From Anaerolineales bacterium (GTDB lineage Bacteria > Chloroflexota > Anaerolineae > Anaerolineales > RBG-16-64-43), in assembly GCA_050010135.1 (NCBI GenBank), contig JBEKLP010000001.1:15289-79288 (forward strand): a stretch of 64,000 bases of DNA, in the 5' to 3' direction. The notes beneath the pieces are model-generated. The model made no database searches. It was not told the DNA's origin and saw nothing but the letters and a program-made list of their open reading frames with translations. Positions 18,804 to 27,274 of the stretch are shown in pieces; the first letter of the stretch is position 1; each line of letters opens with the position of its first letter. The position numbers and the translations under genes were made by a program.

Positions 18804-21334
18804 ACAATCGTTCCCGTTTGGAAGCGATGCTGCTGGGTCTTGGCTTCGCCTTCCAGGCCTTCAACGCCGCGGCGCTGATGCTGGCTCCGTCGGTCCAAGA
18901 CGGCCGCTGGAATTTCCAACCGACGTATCTGGTGGCGTTTGTCCCGCTTGCGGTTTGGGGAGCGGCGGCCTGGATCGTCCATCGGCAGCTCGATCGGACG
19001 CTTCCCGAACGCGATCCATTCCTCTTTTCCACGGCGATGTTCTTGTGCGGATGGGGCCTGCAAATTCTCGCCCGGTTATCGCCGAACACGGCGCTCCGGC
19101 AAACACTTTGGCTGGCGGTCGCCGCAACCGCGGTAATCATCATCCTGCATCTGCCCCACGATCTGAATTGGCTGAGAAAATACCGCTACCTTTGGCTGGG
19201 TGCGGTTCTGATTACGCTGGCCGCCACACTTTTCATCGGCGTAGGTGCCGAGCCGGGGTCGGCACGGTTGTGGCTGGGTTTGGATGGGATCTTTTTCCAA
19301 CCGTCGGAATTCTTGCGCTGGGTGTTGCCTGTTTTTGCCGCATTCACCCTGGCGCCCGGTAAAGACTCCTCCGACGACCCCCGCCCGAGGGCTGCGCTTC
19401 CGGTGGTTCTCTTCGGCGCGGCGGGCGTCGGGCTGCACCTTCTCCAGCAGGACCTGGGTGCGGCGGTCCTGCTGATCGCCGCGATTGTAATTCTGCTTTT
19501 TCTGGCCTACCGCAAACCGATCATCCCGATATTGGGCATTTTGCTGGTCGCTTCCCTATTGGGCGCCGGGTACGCCGTCGACGCCACCGTGAGAATGCGA
19601 TTGGCCACCTGGTGGAATCCGTGGGCGGATCCGTCCAACACTTCGTATCAAGTGGTGCAATCGCTGATCTCGGTCGCTGCGGGAGGCTTGATCGGCCGCG
19701 GACCCGGGTTGGGCGCACCGGCGCTGGTTCCGGTGGCGTACTCCGATTTTCTGTTCACCGCCCTGAGTGAAGAATACGGCGTGGTGGGTGCGGTGGGGTG
19801 CCTGATTGCGATTGCCATCCTCGTGATGCGCGGACTTCATGCGGCGCTGCGTTCCCCCGGGAGCGCCGGCCGGCTGATCGCCGGATGCCTGAGTGCACTG
19901 CTGGGAATCCAATCCATCCTCATCATCGGGGGCATTCTCCGCCTGCTCCCCCTCACCGGTGTCACCCTGCCCTTCATGAGCTATGGCGGCTCCTCGCTCC
20001 TGGCCAGCATGATCGTACTGGGATTGCTGCTGGTCCTTTCGGCGCCCGCGCCGGATTGCGCGCGCGATGTTTCCGCGGATCGCCCGGTGCGGACGATGGC
20101 CGCCCTGCTCATTTTGGCATTCGCCGCAGTCGGGATTTCCCTGGGATGGTGGGGCATTTACCGCGCGTCCGCGCTCCGCGAACGGACCGACAACTACCGG
20201 CGCGTGTTGCACGACCGCCAGGCGCGGCGCGGAAATCTCTACGACCGCAACGGCGAGCCGCTCGCACTGACCGCCGGCGCGCCAGGAAGTTACACGCGCC
20301 AGTACCCCGACCCGGCGGCCGCCCCAGTCGTCGGCTACACCACGGCCTATTACGGTCAGGGCGGGATGGAATCCGTTCTCGATCCGTGGCTGCGCGGCGA
20401 GGCGGTGCGCAATTCCCTCGACATCTGGTGGTCGGAAACGGTGCTGGGTGTCCCGGCCGAAGGCGTGGATGCGTATCTCAGCATCGACCGTACCCTGCTG
20501 GATTTCGGAAGCGCCCGGATGGACGGGCAAGCCGGTGCGATCGTCGTGATGCGAGCCGGAAGCGGGGAAATCCTGGCGCTCGCCTCGATGCCCACGTTCA
20601 ATCCGGCGACACTCGAACAAAACTGGGACAAGATCCTCAGCCAGCCGCTCTCGCCCCTGCTCAACCGCGCCACCCAGGGTTTGTATCCGCCGGGACAAAT
20701 GTTGTACCCATTCCTCGCGGCGGAAGCCATCGACCGCGGATGGCTCGCGAGCGGTTCCGGTCTGTGCACTGCGCCCTTCTCCGATTGGATCCTCGCCCAT
20801 CCCGATTATCCGGAACAGGTTTTCTCGGCATTCCGCTTCAATGCCGACCCGGTGATGGATTTGCCGACGGTCTATGCCTTCTCTCCGGCCTTTCCGGCGG
20901 ATGCGGGCGGCGTTCAGCGGGAATTGGAGGGAGAGGGAAAGATTCTTATCAGCCCGATCCAGCTTGCCGTCGCCCTCGCATCCATCGCGGACGGCGGGAT
21001 GGCGCCCGCCCCGCGATTGGTCTTGCGGTTGGATTCACCCTCCGGATGGATCACGCCAGAGGTGCCCGGCCGGACGGCGGCGATGATCCCGGCCGATACC
21101 GCCGCCCGTGTGAGGAATATGCTCTCGCAATTTAACGGGGCCGGCGATCCGGCGGCGTTGGAATGGTCCGGCTGCGGCGGTGGCGCGGAAACCAACCCGG
21201 ATGTTTCCTGGTATGCCGGGCTGCAAACGGGGACGGCCGATCCGATCGTGGTGGTCGCGGTGATGGAAGGACAACCGTCTACTGCGGTGGATATCGGCCG
21301 AAAAATTCTGGCCGAGGCGCTGACAACCGTATGA
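18800..21334 (+). CDS. SEDS (RodA/FtsW) polymerase fused to a PBP transpeptidase-like domain with degenerate catalytic motifs
   Basis: N-terminal half has SEDS motifs (QPSEFLRW, YSDFLFTALSEEYG, LPFMSYGGSS). C-terminal half is collinear with class B PBPs, but YPPGQMLYP replaces PPGSxxK and LQTGT replaces KTGT. Confidence 0.8.
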   Translation: MNNRSRLEAMLLGLGFAFQAFNAAALMLAPSVQDGRWNFQPTYLVAFVPLAVWGAAAWIVHRQLDRTLPERDPFLFSTAMFLCGWGLQILARLSPNTALRQTLWLAVAATAVIIILHLPHDLNWLRKYRYLWLGAVLITLAATLFIGVGAEPGSARLWLGLDGIFFQPSEFLRWVLPVFAAFTLAPGKDSSDDPRPRAALPVVLFGAAGVGLHLLQQDLGAAVLLIAAIVILLFLAYRKPIIPILGILLVASLLGAGYAVDATVRMRLATWWNPWADPSNTSYQVVQSLISVAAGGLIGRGPGLGAPALVPVAYSDFLFTALSEEYGVVGAVGCLIAIAILVMRGLHAALRSPGSAGRLIAGCLSALLGIQSILIIGGILRLLPLTGVTLPFMSYGGSSLLASMIVLGLLLVLSAPAPDCARDVSADRPVRTMAALLILAFAAVGISLGWWGIYRASALRERTDNYRRVLHDRQARRGNLYDRNGEPLALTAGAPGSYTRQYPDPAAAPVVGYTTAYYGQGGMESVLDPWLRGEAVRNSLDIWWSETVLGVPAEGVDAYLSIDRTLLDFGSARMDGQAGAIVVMRAGSGEILALASMPTFNPATLEQNWDKILSQPLSPLLNRATQGLYPPGQMLYPFLAAEAIDRGWLASGSGLCTAPFSDWILAHPDYPEQVFSAFRFNADPVMDLPTVYAFSPAFPADAGGVQRELEGEGKILISPIQLAVALASIADGGMAPAPRLVLRLDSPSGWITPEVPGRTAAMIPADTAARVRNMLSQFNGAGDPAALEWSGCGGGAETNPDVSWYAGLQTGTADPIVVVAVMEGQPSTAVDIGRKILAEALTTV

Positions 21335-21609
21335 ATGTGTTATCCCGCCTCCGTTCGCACCAACACGATATAATCGCAGACAGGCCGCGGGAATAAATTG
21401 AATCCGTCATTGCAGGCGATCCGCGCACTTCCCGCGGGGTGGATTGCCCCGCTTCCCACGCTTCCCACGCTTTGCGAGGGAAGGTATGAGGGCGAGCGCA
21501 ATGGTGAGCCCGAATGCGGTGGCGAGGGGACAGATTCGCTTCGATAGCGATTGATTTTTTCCGCGACTTGTTGGAGATAACGGCCGGCAGATTTCTTTTT
21601 GGGGCGGTA

Positions 21610-22101
21610 ATGAAAATGGATGCGTCTGAATTTTCCATACGAGCGGTTCTACCGGAGGATACAGAATGGATTCGGCGGCTGATGCGGGAGCGCTGGGCGG
21701 CTGAGTTCGTCGTTGTGCATGGCGACGTTTTCCATCCTCACGCACTCCCCGGGTTTGTGGCCGCGGCGGGAGAAAGAAAGGGGGGCCTGATTACGTATCA
21801 TATCGCCGGCAAGCTTTGCGAGATTGTGACCCTCGACAGCCTGATCCCGGCGCATGGAATCGGAACGGCGCTCCTGGCGGCGGTGAAGACCGACGCCGTC
21901 CGGTTGGGCTGCTGCGCGTTGCACCTGACCACGACCAACGACAATCTCCATGCGCTGCGGTTCTATCAGAAGCGGGGATTCGCATTCGCCGCGGTGCGGC
22001 CGAATGCGGTCGATAGCACGCGGAAAGTGAAACCCGTCCCCCTTCTCGGAGAAAACCAGATCCCTATCCGGGATGAGATCGATATGGAATTATTGATTTA
22101 G
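21610..22101 (+). CDS. GNAT family N-acetyltransferase
   Basis: PAHGIGTALLAAVK (acetyl-CoA loop) and NDNLHALRFYQKRGF. Start set at MKMDASEF. Confidence 0.7.
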   Translation: MKMDASEFSIRAVLPEDTEWIRRLMRERWAAEFVVVHGDVFHPHALPGFVAAAGERKGGLITYHIAGKLCEIVTLDSLIPAHGIGTALLAAVKTDAVRLGCCALHLTTTNDNLHALRFYQKRGFAFAAVRPNAVDSTRKVKPVPLLGENQIPIRDEIDMELLI

Positions 22102-22156
22102 ATTAACCATAGCGTAAGCCAAACAATCCAATGATAGGTTAGAATTTAAAAAAATA

Positions 22157-22681
22157 TTATTGAGCCTTTCCGCGGTTTTTCAACTCGTCAAATACTACCA
22201 GCGTCCGCGGTCCGCGGCGATGCGCTTCCCACAACGCGGATGACGCCCGCGAGAGCATCTCGTCGGCGGTAATTCCGTCGCCGCCCGGGTGGAAGGCCAC
22301 CCCGGCACAGATGGATACACCGAACTCTTTCATCTCCCGGGTCACCCGTTTGCCATGGAACTCTTCGACTAAGCGTTGAGCCGCCTTCCGCGCTCCTCCG
22401 GCGTCGGATTCCGGCATGACGATCAGATAATTCCCTTGATAATGTCCAGGCATGTCCACTTCGCGCAGTCCTGTATGGAGGATATTGGTCAGGTAGGAAT
22501 TCGCGCTCTCCATGATTTCCGGCGAAGGGCTCTCGTCAAAGCACAGGCCGATGTAGAGTAATGCGATGGGGCTGGGATAACGTCTGGCCCGGAGGAGCTC
22601 GCCGGTCAGGAGCGACTCCAGCATCTTCTGGGTATAGAGCCCGGATTTTGCGTCGAGTCGAGCGTCTTGATCCATACCCAC
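22157..22681 (-). CDS. Stand-alone GGDEF-like domain protein with degenerate active site
   Basis: DAKSGLYTQKMLESLL...RARRY...ALLYIGL is GGDEF-domain-like, but the GGDEF position reads QGNYL. Confidence 0.6.
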   Translation of the reverse strand: MGMDQDARLDAKSGLYTQKMLESLLTGELLRARRYPSPIALLYIGLCFDESPSPEIMESANSYLTNILHTGLREVDMPGHYQGNYLIVMPESDAGGARKAAQRLVEEFHGKRVTREMKEFGVSICAGVAFHPGGDGITADEMLSRASSALWEAHRRGPRTLVVFDELKNRGKAQ

Positions 22682-22761
22682 CTCTATTCCGTTTTTATCC
22701 CTCTCTCAACCAATCCCCAGTTGCCTTATTTAATACCAAATCCTGATTCTCCGCAAACCGG

Positions 22762-23274
22762 TCATTCGTTCTTTTTGACCATTTCCCCGTACACCACCAG
22801 GCTTTTGGGTCCGCGTTTTTGCGCTTCCCACAGCGCGGTGGAAGCGTTGGATAGAAGCCGGGCGGCCGAGATTTCCGGTCCGCCTTTATGCGATGCCACC
22901 CCGATACACATCGACATCTGGAAAAGTTCCGCGGTGCGCGTGATCTGCGAACGGGGGAAATCGTCGAGCATGCGTTGGGCGGCCGTCCTGGCGCCGTCGC
23001 TTTCGGTGGAAGGCATGATCACCAGATAATTGCCCTCGAAAAGGCCCGGCAGATCCGCCTCGCGCATGGCCGCGTGCAGGTGATTGGCGATCAGGATTTG
23101 CGCGCTCTCGACGATTTCCGGGGAAGGATCCATGGGAAACCGCAATGCAAAATAAAGGAGCGAGATCGGGCTGGGATACCGGCGCGAACGGGCCACTTCA
23201 TGGACCAGCAGAGTCTCGAGCATGGCCTGCGGGAATAAACCGGACGATGCATCGATACGCTTTTGTTGTTCCAT
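22762..23274 (-). CDS. Stand-alone GGDEF-like domain protein with degenerate active site (paralog of 22157..22681)
   Basis: Collinear with its neighbour (DASSGLFPQAMLETLL...SRRYPSPISLLYF). The GGDEF position reads EGNYL. Confidence 0.6.
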   Translation of the reverse strand: MEQQKRIDASSGLFPQAMLETLLVHEVARSRRYPSPISLLYFALRFPMDPSPEIVESAQILIANHLHAAMREADLPGLFEGNYLVIMPSTESDGARTAAQRMLDDFPRSQITRTAELFQMSMCIGVASHKGGPEISAARLLSNASTALWEAQKRGPKSLVVYGEMVKKNE

Positions 23275-23405
23275 GGATCCCCTTTCCTATGGATGTCCCC
23301 GTCCCCCGCTTCGTAATCGCACAGGTTCCCAAATGATCCGGGACCTCGTGGACTCCCTCCGCTTCCCCCGCTTCGCGAGGGCATGCGCGAGGGCGGGCCG
23401 AATAT

Positions 23406-24641
23406 CTATATGGATTTCTTCAATCGGACGAATCTGCGTTTTCCCACCCGGAGCACCGGTTCGTCCTGCGGCGAAACCGGCGCCGCGGGATCCTTGAGCG
23501 TCACACCGTTCAGGCGCACGCCGCCCTGCTCGATCAGGCGCCGGGCGTCGCTGCGGCTTTTGGCCAGCCCGTTTTCGGTCAGAAGATCCATAAGCTTCGG
23601 CGTACCTTTCACTTCCAGGACGGCGATATCCTCCGGCAATTCCTCGCGCTGGAACACGCGCCGGAATTGCTCTTCGGCTGAGTCGGCCTGTTCGGTGCCG
23701 TGATAAATCGCGACGATCTCCCGCGCCAATTGCATCTTGGCGTCGCGCGGATGGAGCGTGCCGGATTGCACTGAACGCTCCACCGCGGCGATTTGCGCCG
23801 GCGGAAAGCGGGTGAGCAGGCGGTAGTAGGTCATCATCGCCGCGTCCGGAACGCTCATCACCTTGCCGTACATATCGCCCGCGGAGGCCATCAGGGGAAT
23901 GTGGTTCCCCAGACTTTTGCTCATCCGAATCACACCGTCGGTTCCCGGAAGGATTCCCAGGAGAACGCCGATATTGGGGCGGACGTCGTAATATTCCATG
24001 ATCTTCCGCCCGGCGGTGAGTATGTTAAACAGCTGTTCCGTCCCGCCCACTTGAACGTCGGCTTGCAAGGAGTAGGCGTCGTAGCCTTGCATGATGGAGT
24101 AGAAGAATTCGTGCAGGTAGATGGCGTCTCCCCGGTCCCAGCGCAGTCGGAAATTCTCGCGGGTGGTGAACTGCTGGATGGTGAAGTTGGAACCCAGCCG
24201 GATCAATTCGGCGAACGTGAGTTTGGAGAGCCACTCGGAGTTGTAGCGGACTTCGGTCTGATTCCGGTCCAGAATCCGGAACGCCTGCTCGGCGTAGGTG
24301 CGCGCGTTCTCGCGGATCCTTTCCTCCAACAACTGTGGACGCAGAGTATTTTTATCCGACGGATCCCCCACGCGCGCGGTGTAATCACCGATCAGGAAGA
24401 TGGTCGTATGACCCAGCTCCTGGAACTGGCGCAGTTTGCGCATGGTGACGGTGTGCCCGAGGTGCAAATCCGAGGAGGTGGGATCGTATCCGCAATAGAC
24501 GCGCAGCGGACGCCCTTCCTTCCGGGCCAGGATCAGGCGCTCGCGCAATTCGGCGGCCATGGCCTCCTGGAGCGCCCGGTCTCCGTATTCGGTTCCCTGC
24601 ATTAATATTTCAACTTGCTCTTCCAACGAGGGTGCTGGCAT
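23406..24641 (-). CDS. tyrS: Tyrosyl-tRNA synthetase
   Basis: YCGYDPTSSDLHLGH (HIGH) and IRMSKSLGN (KMSKS-type), with a C-terminal S4-like domain. Confidence 0.9.
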   Translation of the reverse strand: MPAPSLEEQVEILMQGTEYGDRALQEAMAAELRERLILARKEGRPLRVYCGYDPTSSDLHLGHTVTMRKLRQFQELGHTTIFLIGDYTARVGDPSDKNTLRPQLLEERIRENARTYAEQAFRILDRNQTEVRYNSEWLSKLTFAELIRLGSNFTIQQFTTRENFRLRWDRGDAIYLHEFFYSIMQGYDAYSLQADVQVGGTEQLFNILTAGRKIMEYYDVRPNIGVLLGILPGTDGVIRMSKSLGNHIPLMASAGDMYGKVMSVPDAAMMTYYRLLTRFPPAQIAAVERSVQSGTLHPRDAKMQLAREIVAIYHGTEQADSAEEQFRRVFQREELPEDIAVLEVKGTPKLMDLLTENGLAKSRSDARRLIEQGGVRLNGVTLKDPAAPVSPQDEPVLRVGKRRFVRLKKSI

Positions 24642-24817
24642 TCCGGCTCCGATCCTTGGGAAGAAGCTTTTCTTCGCCTTGGTTTTGAATGTAAATTATA
24701 GCATCAACCCCCGGAATTATGCGAAAAAACAGCCGAAAAAATCCGAATGGTATAATTTCCGGTCGTCCTCCAGACACGGTTCGACCGTCGATTTCCGCCA
24801 TTTCCTAGGAGAACACT

Positions 24818-25882
24818 TTGCGCAATCCCGTTCAATGGCTGCTTAGTCTCGTTACGTTGGACATCAGCATAGATCTCGGAACAGCCAACACGCTGGTCAA
24901 CGTCTTTGGGAAAGGCATTGTCATTAACGAACCCTCCTGGGTGGCCGTTGACAAGAAAACCCGCCGGGTCCTCAAGGTCGGCCGGGCGGCGAAGGAGATC
25001 ATCGGCCGGACGCCGCCTAACGTCGTCACCCTGCGCCCCATCCGCGACGGTGTGATTTCCGAGTTTGACGCGACGGCCACCATGCTGGAGTATTTCATCC
25101 GCCGGGTGATCAACCAGAGCGTTGTACCGGTGCCCCTCACCCGGGTGATCGTCGGCGTTCCCGTGGGAGCCACCAGCGTGGAACGCAGGGCGGTGGTGGA
25201 TGCAGCCCAATCGGCAGGTGCGCGCGAGGCGCTGCTGGTGGAGGAACCGGTCGCTTCGGCGCTTGGCGCCGGACTACCCATCCGCGGGGTCCACAGCACG
25301 ATGCTAATGGACATCGGCGGGGGCACCACCGAGATCGCAGTCTTCGCCTCACGCAAGATCGTGATCTCGAATTCGATCCGCGTGGCGGGCGACGAGATGG
25401 ACGAGAACGTCGTCACCTACCTGCGGGATAAATACAATCTGCTCGTCGGCCAGACGATGGCGGAAACGGCCAAGAAGACGGTCGGCGCCGCGGCCCCCTT
25501 GGGCGAAGAGAAAGTGATGACCGTGCGCGGGCGCAACCTTATATCCGGATTGCCGGAGGAAGTGGAAATATCCTCGATTGAAATGCGCGAAGCGCTGGCT
25601 CCTTCATTGAAGGCGATCTCCCAGGCTCTGAGAGACCTCCTCGAGCAGGCTCCGCCGGAGGTCATGGCCGACCTGCTGGATTCCGGGCTTTGCCTGACGG
25701 GCGGCGGATCCCTGCTGAACGGCTTGCCGGAAAAACTCGGCGAGGAATTCCATATTCGCGTATGGCGGGCCGACGACCCGCTTACCTGCGTCGTGCGCGG
25801 CGCGGCGGCCATCCTGGCCGGCATGGACGATCATCGCGAGTTCCTCGCCTCCTCCGAACGGGATCATCGCGGCCGCCGGTAA
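24818..25882 (+). CDS. mreB: Rod shape-determining protein MreB
   Basis: DISIDLGTANTLV, the actin-fold phosphate motifs and DIGGGTTEIAV. TTG start 4 nt after AGGAGAA. Confidence 0.9.
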   Translation: MRNPVQWLLSLVTLDISIDLGTANTLVNVFGKGIVINEPSWVAVDKKTRRVLKVGRAAKEIIGRTPPNVVTLRPIRDGVISEFDATATMLEYFIRRVINQSVVPVPLTRVIVGVPVGATSVERRAVVDAAQSAGAREALLVEEPVASALGAGLPIRGVHSTMLMDIGGGTTEIAVFASRKIVISNSIRVAGDEMDENVVTYLRDKYNLLVGQTMAETAKKTVGAAAPLGEEKVMTVRGRNLISGLPEEVEISSIEMREALAPSLKAISQALRDLLEQAPPEVMADLLDSGLCLTGGGSLLNGLPEKLGEEFHIRVWRADDPLTCVVRGAAAILAGMDDHREFLASSERDHRGRR

Positions 25883-25914
25883 ACCCTCCGACCCATTCCT
25901 TCCCTTGACGAATT

Positions 25915-26760
25915 ATGTTTAATCCCAGAAGACGTTTTTTCCTGATTGCTCTTGCTCTGCTGTTGGCAGCGGCCGGACTAGTTGTCCTCGGTCAGGTGGG
26001 CGTCATCCAACCGGTGCAGGATCTGGCGCTGCGTGGCGTAACCGGCGCACAGCAAACAATCTCCACCGCGTTTTTCAACGTCCGCGATTTCATCACCGCC
26101 CCGCGCAACCTGCAGGAACTGATCCAGCGCAACAACCAGTTGGAGGCCCAGGTGGCCCAGCTCGAAGCGGAATTGGTCACCCTGCAGGAACAGGCCTCCG
26201 AAGCCGACGCCCTCCGCGCGCTGCTTGGCGCCGCCCGGCAGCAGCCGGAGAACCGTTACCTCGTGGCGCAGGTGATCGGCCGGGATACCAACCCCTTCCT
26301 GCATTACCTGATTCTCGATGAGGGATCCGATGCGGGAGTCCGCCGTGGAATGCCGGTGGTCAATGAAAAAGGTCTGGTGGGCAGGGTCACCGAGGTGAGC
26401 GCCACGGCCTCCAAAGTGCAGCTGATCATCGATCCGAATTCGGTCATCAACGCGCGGATCCAGGCAAGCCGGGCGGAAGGAGTGCTCGTGGGCCAGTCGA
26501 CGGGCGGCCTGCAGATGATCTATATTCCACAGGACGTCACGGTGACCACTGGCGATCTCATCGTCACCTCCGGGCTGGGAGGAGGATTTCCGCCGGAGAT
26601 TCTGATCGGGCGCGTGGTCAGCGTTCACAAACGGGATTACGAACTGTACCAGACCGCCGTCATCGAACCGCGCAACGACTTCGCCAGCCTGGAAATGGTC
26701 CTGATCATCACCAACTTCGAGCCGGTGCAAATCGGCCCGTTGCAAGGGACAAGCTCCTAA
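25915..26760 (+). CDS. mreC: Rod shape-determining protein MreC
   Basis: N-terminal TM, a coiled coil (LEAQVAQLEAELVTLQEQ), and beta-barrel domain motifs GMPVVNEKGLVGRV and TSGLGGGFPPEILIG. Confidence 0.85.
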   Translation: MFNPRRRFFLIALALLLAAAGLVVLGQVGVIQPVQDLALRGVTGAQQTISTAFFNVRDFITAPRNLQELIQRNNQLEAQVAQLEAELVTLQEQASEADALRALLGAARQQPENRYLVAQVIGRDTNPFLHYLILDEGSDAGVRRGMPVVNEKGLVGRVTEVSATASKVQLIIDPNSVINARIQASRAEGVLVGQSTGGLQMIYIPQDVTVTTGDLIVTSGLGGGFPPEILIGRVVSVHKRDYELYQTAVIEPRNDFASLEMVLIITNFEPVQIGPLQGTSS

Positions 26761-26770
26761 AGCTGCCGCG

Positions 26771-27274
26771 ATGATCTGGTTTCTATCCATCCCACTCCTG
26801 GCGCTGCTGGCTTTGCTGCAAACCACAATCTTCCGTCAGATCCTCTTCCTGGACGGAAGCCTCGATCTGTTGCTCGTGGCGGTTATTTGCTGGAGCATGC
26901 TGCGCCCGGAGGAGGGACTGGTTTGGGCTTTGCTGGGTGGAATATTCGCAGATATGTTTTCCGGCGGCCCGTTCGGCATCACTGCCATCGCCTACCTCCT
27001 GGTGGCGATCTGCATCGGAGCGCTGCACGGCCGCCTATGGACCCGCAGTCCGATAGCGGTGATGGCGATCGGGATGTCCGGGACCGTCATTGCCCATCTG
27101 GCGTCCGTCGCCATGCTCGTGTTTTTTGGCCATTCTCTCGAGGTTGGATACCTCCTCGCCTATGTCACACTGCCTACCGCGTTTCTTAACACCATCGCCT
27201 CGGTTCCCGTCTATCTCGCCCTGCGCCGGCTGCATTTCGTCGGGGCTCCGGTTCTTGCGGAGGAGGAAGCATGA
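26771..27274 (+). CDS. mreD: Rod shape-determining protein MreD
   Basis: 167-aa polytopic membrane protein directly after mreC and overlapping the mrdA start. Confidence 0.7.
   Translation: MIWFLSIPLLALLALLQTTIFRQILFLDGSLDLLLVAVICWSMLRPEEGLVWALLGGIFADMFSGGPFGITAIAYLLVAICIGALHGRLWTRSPIAVMAIGMSGTVIAHLASVAMLVFFGHSLEVGYLLAYVTLPTAFLNTIASVPVYLALRRLHFVGAPVLAEEEA

Noticed and set aside
23275-24817. T-box or other riboswitch leaders upstream of tyrS, proS and gltX
   Set aside because: The upstream gaps are short (about 140-175 bp, or none for gltX). They are shared with divergent genes and lack a recognisable specifier/terminator-antiterminator arrangement.
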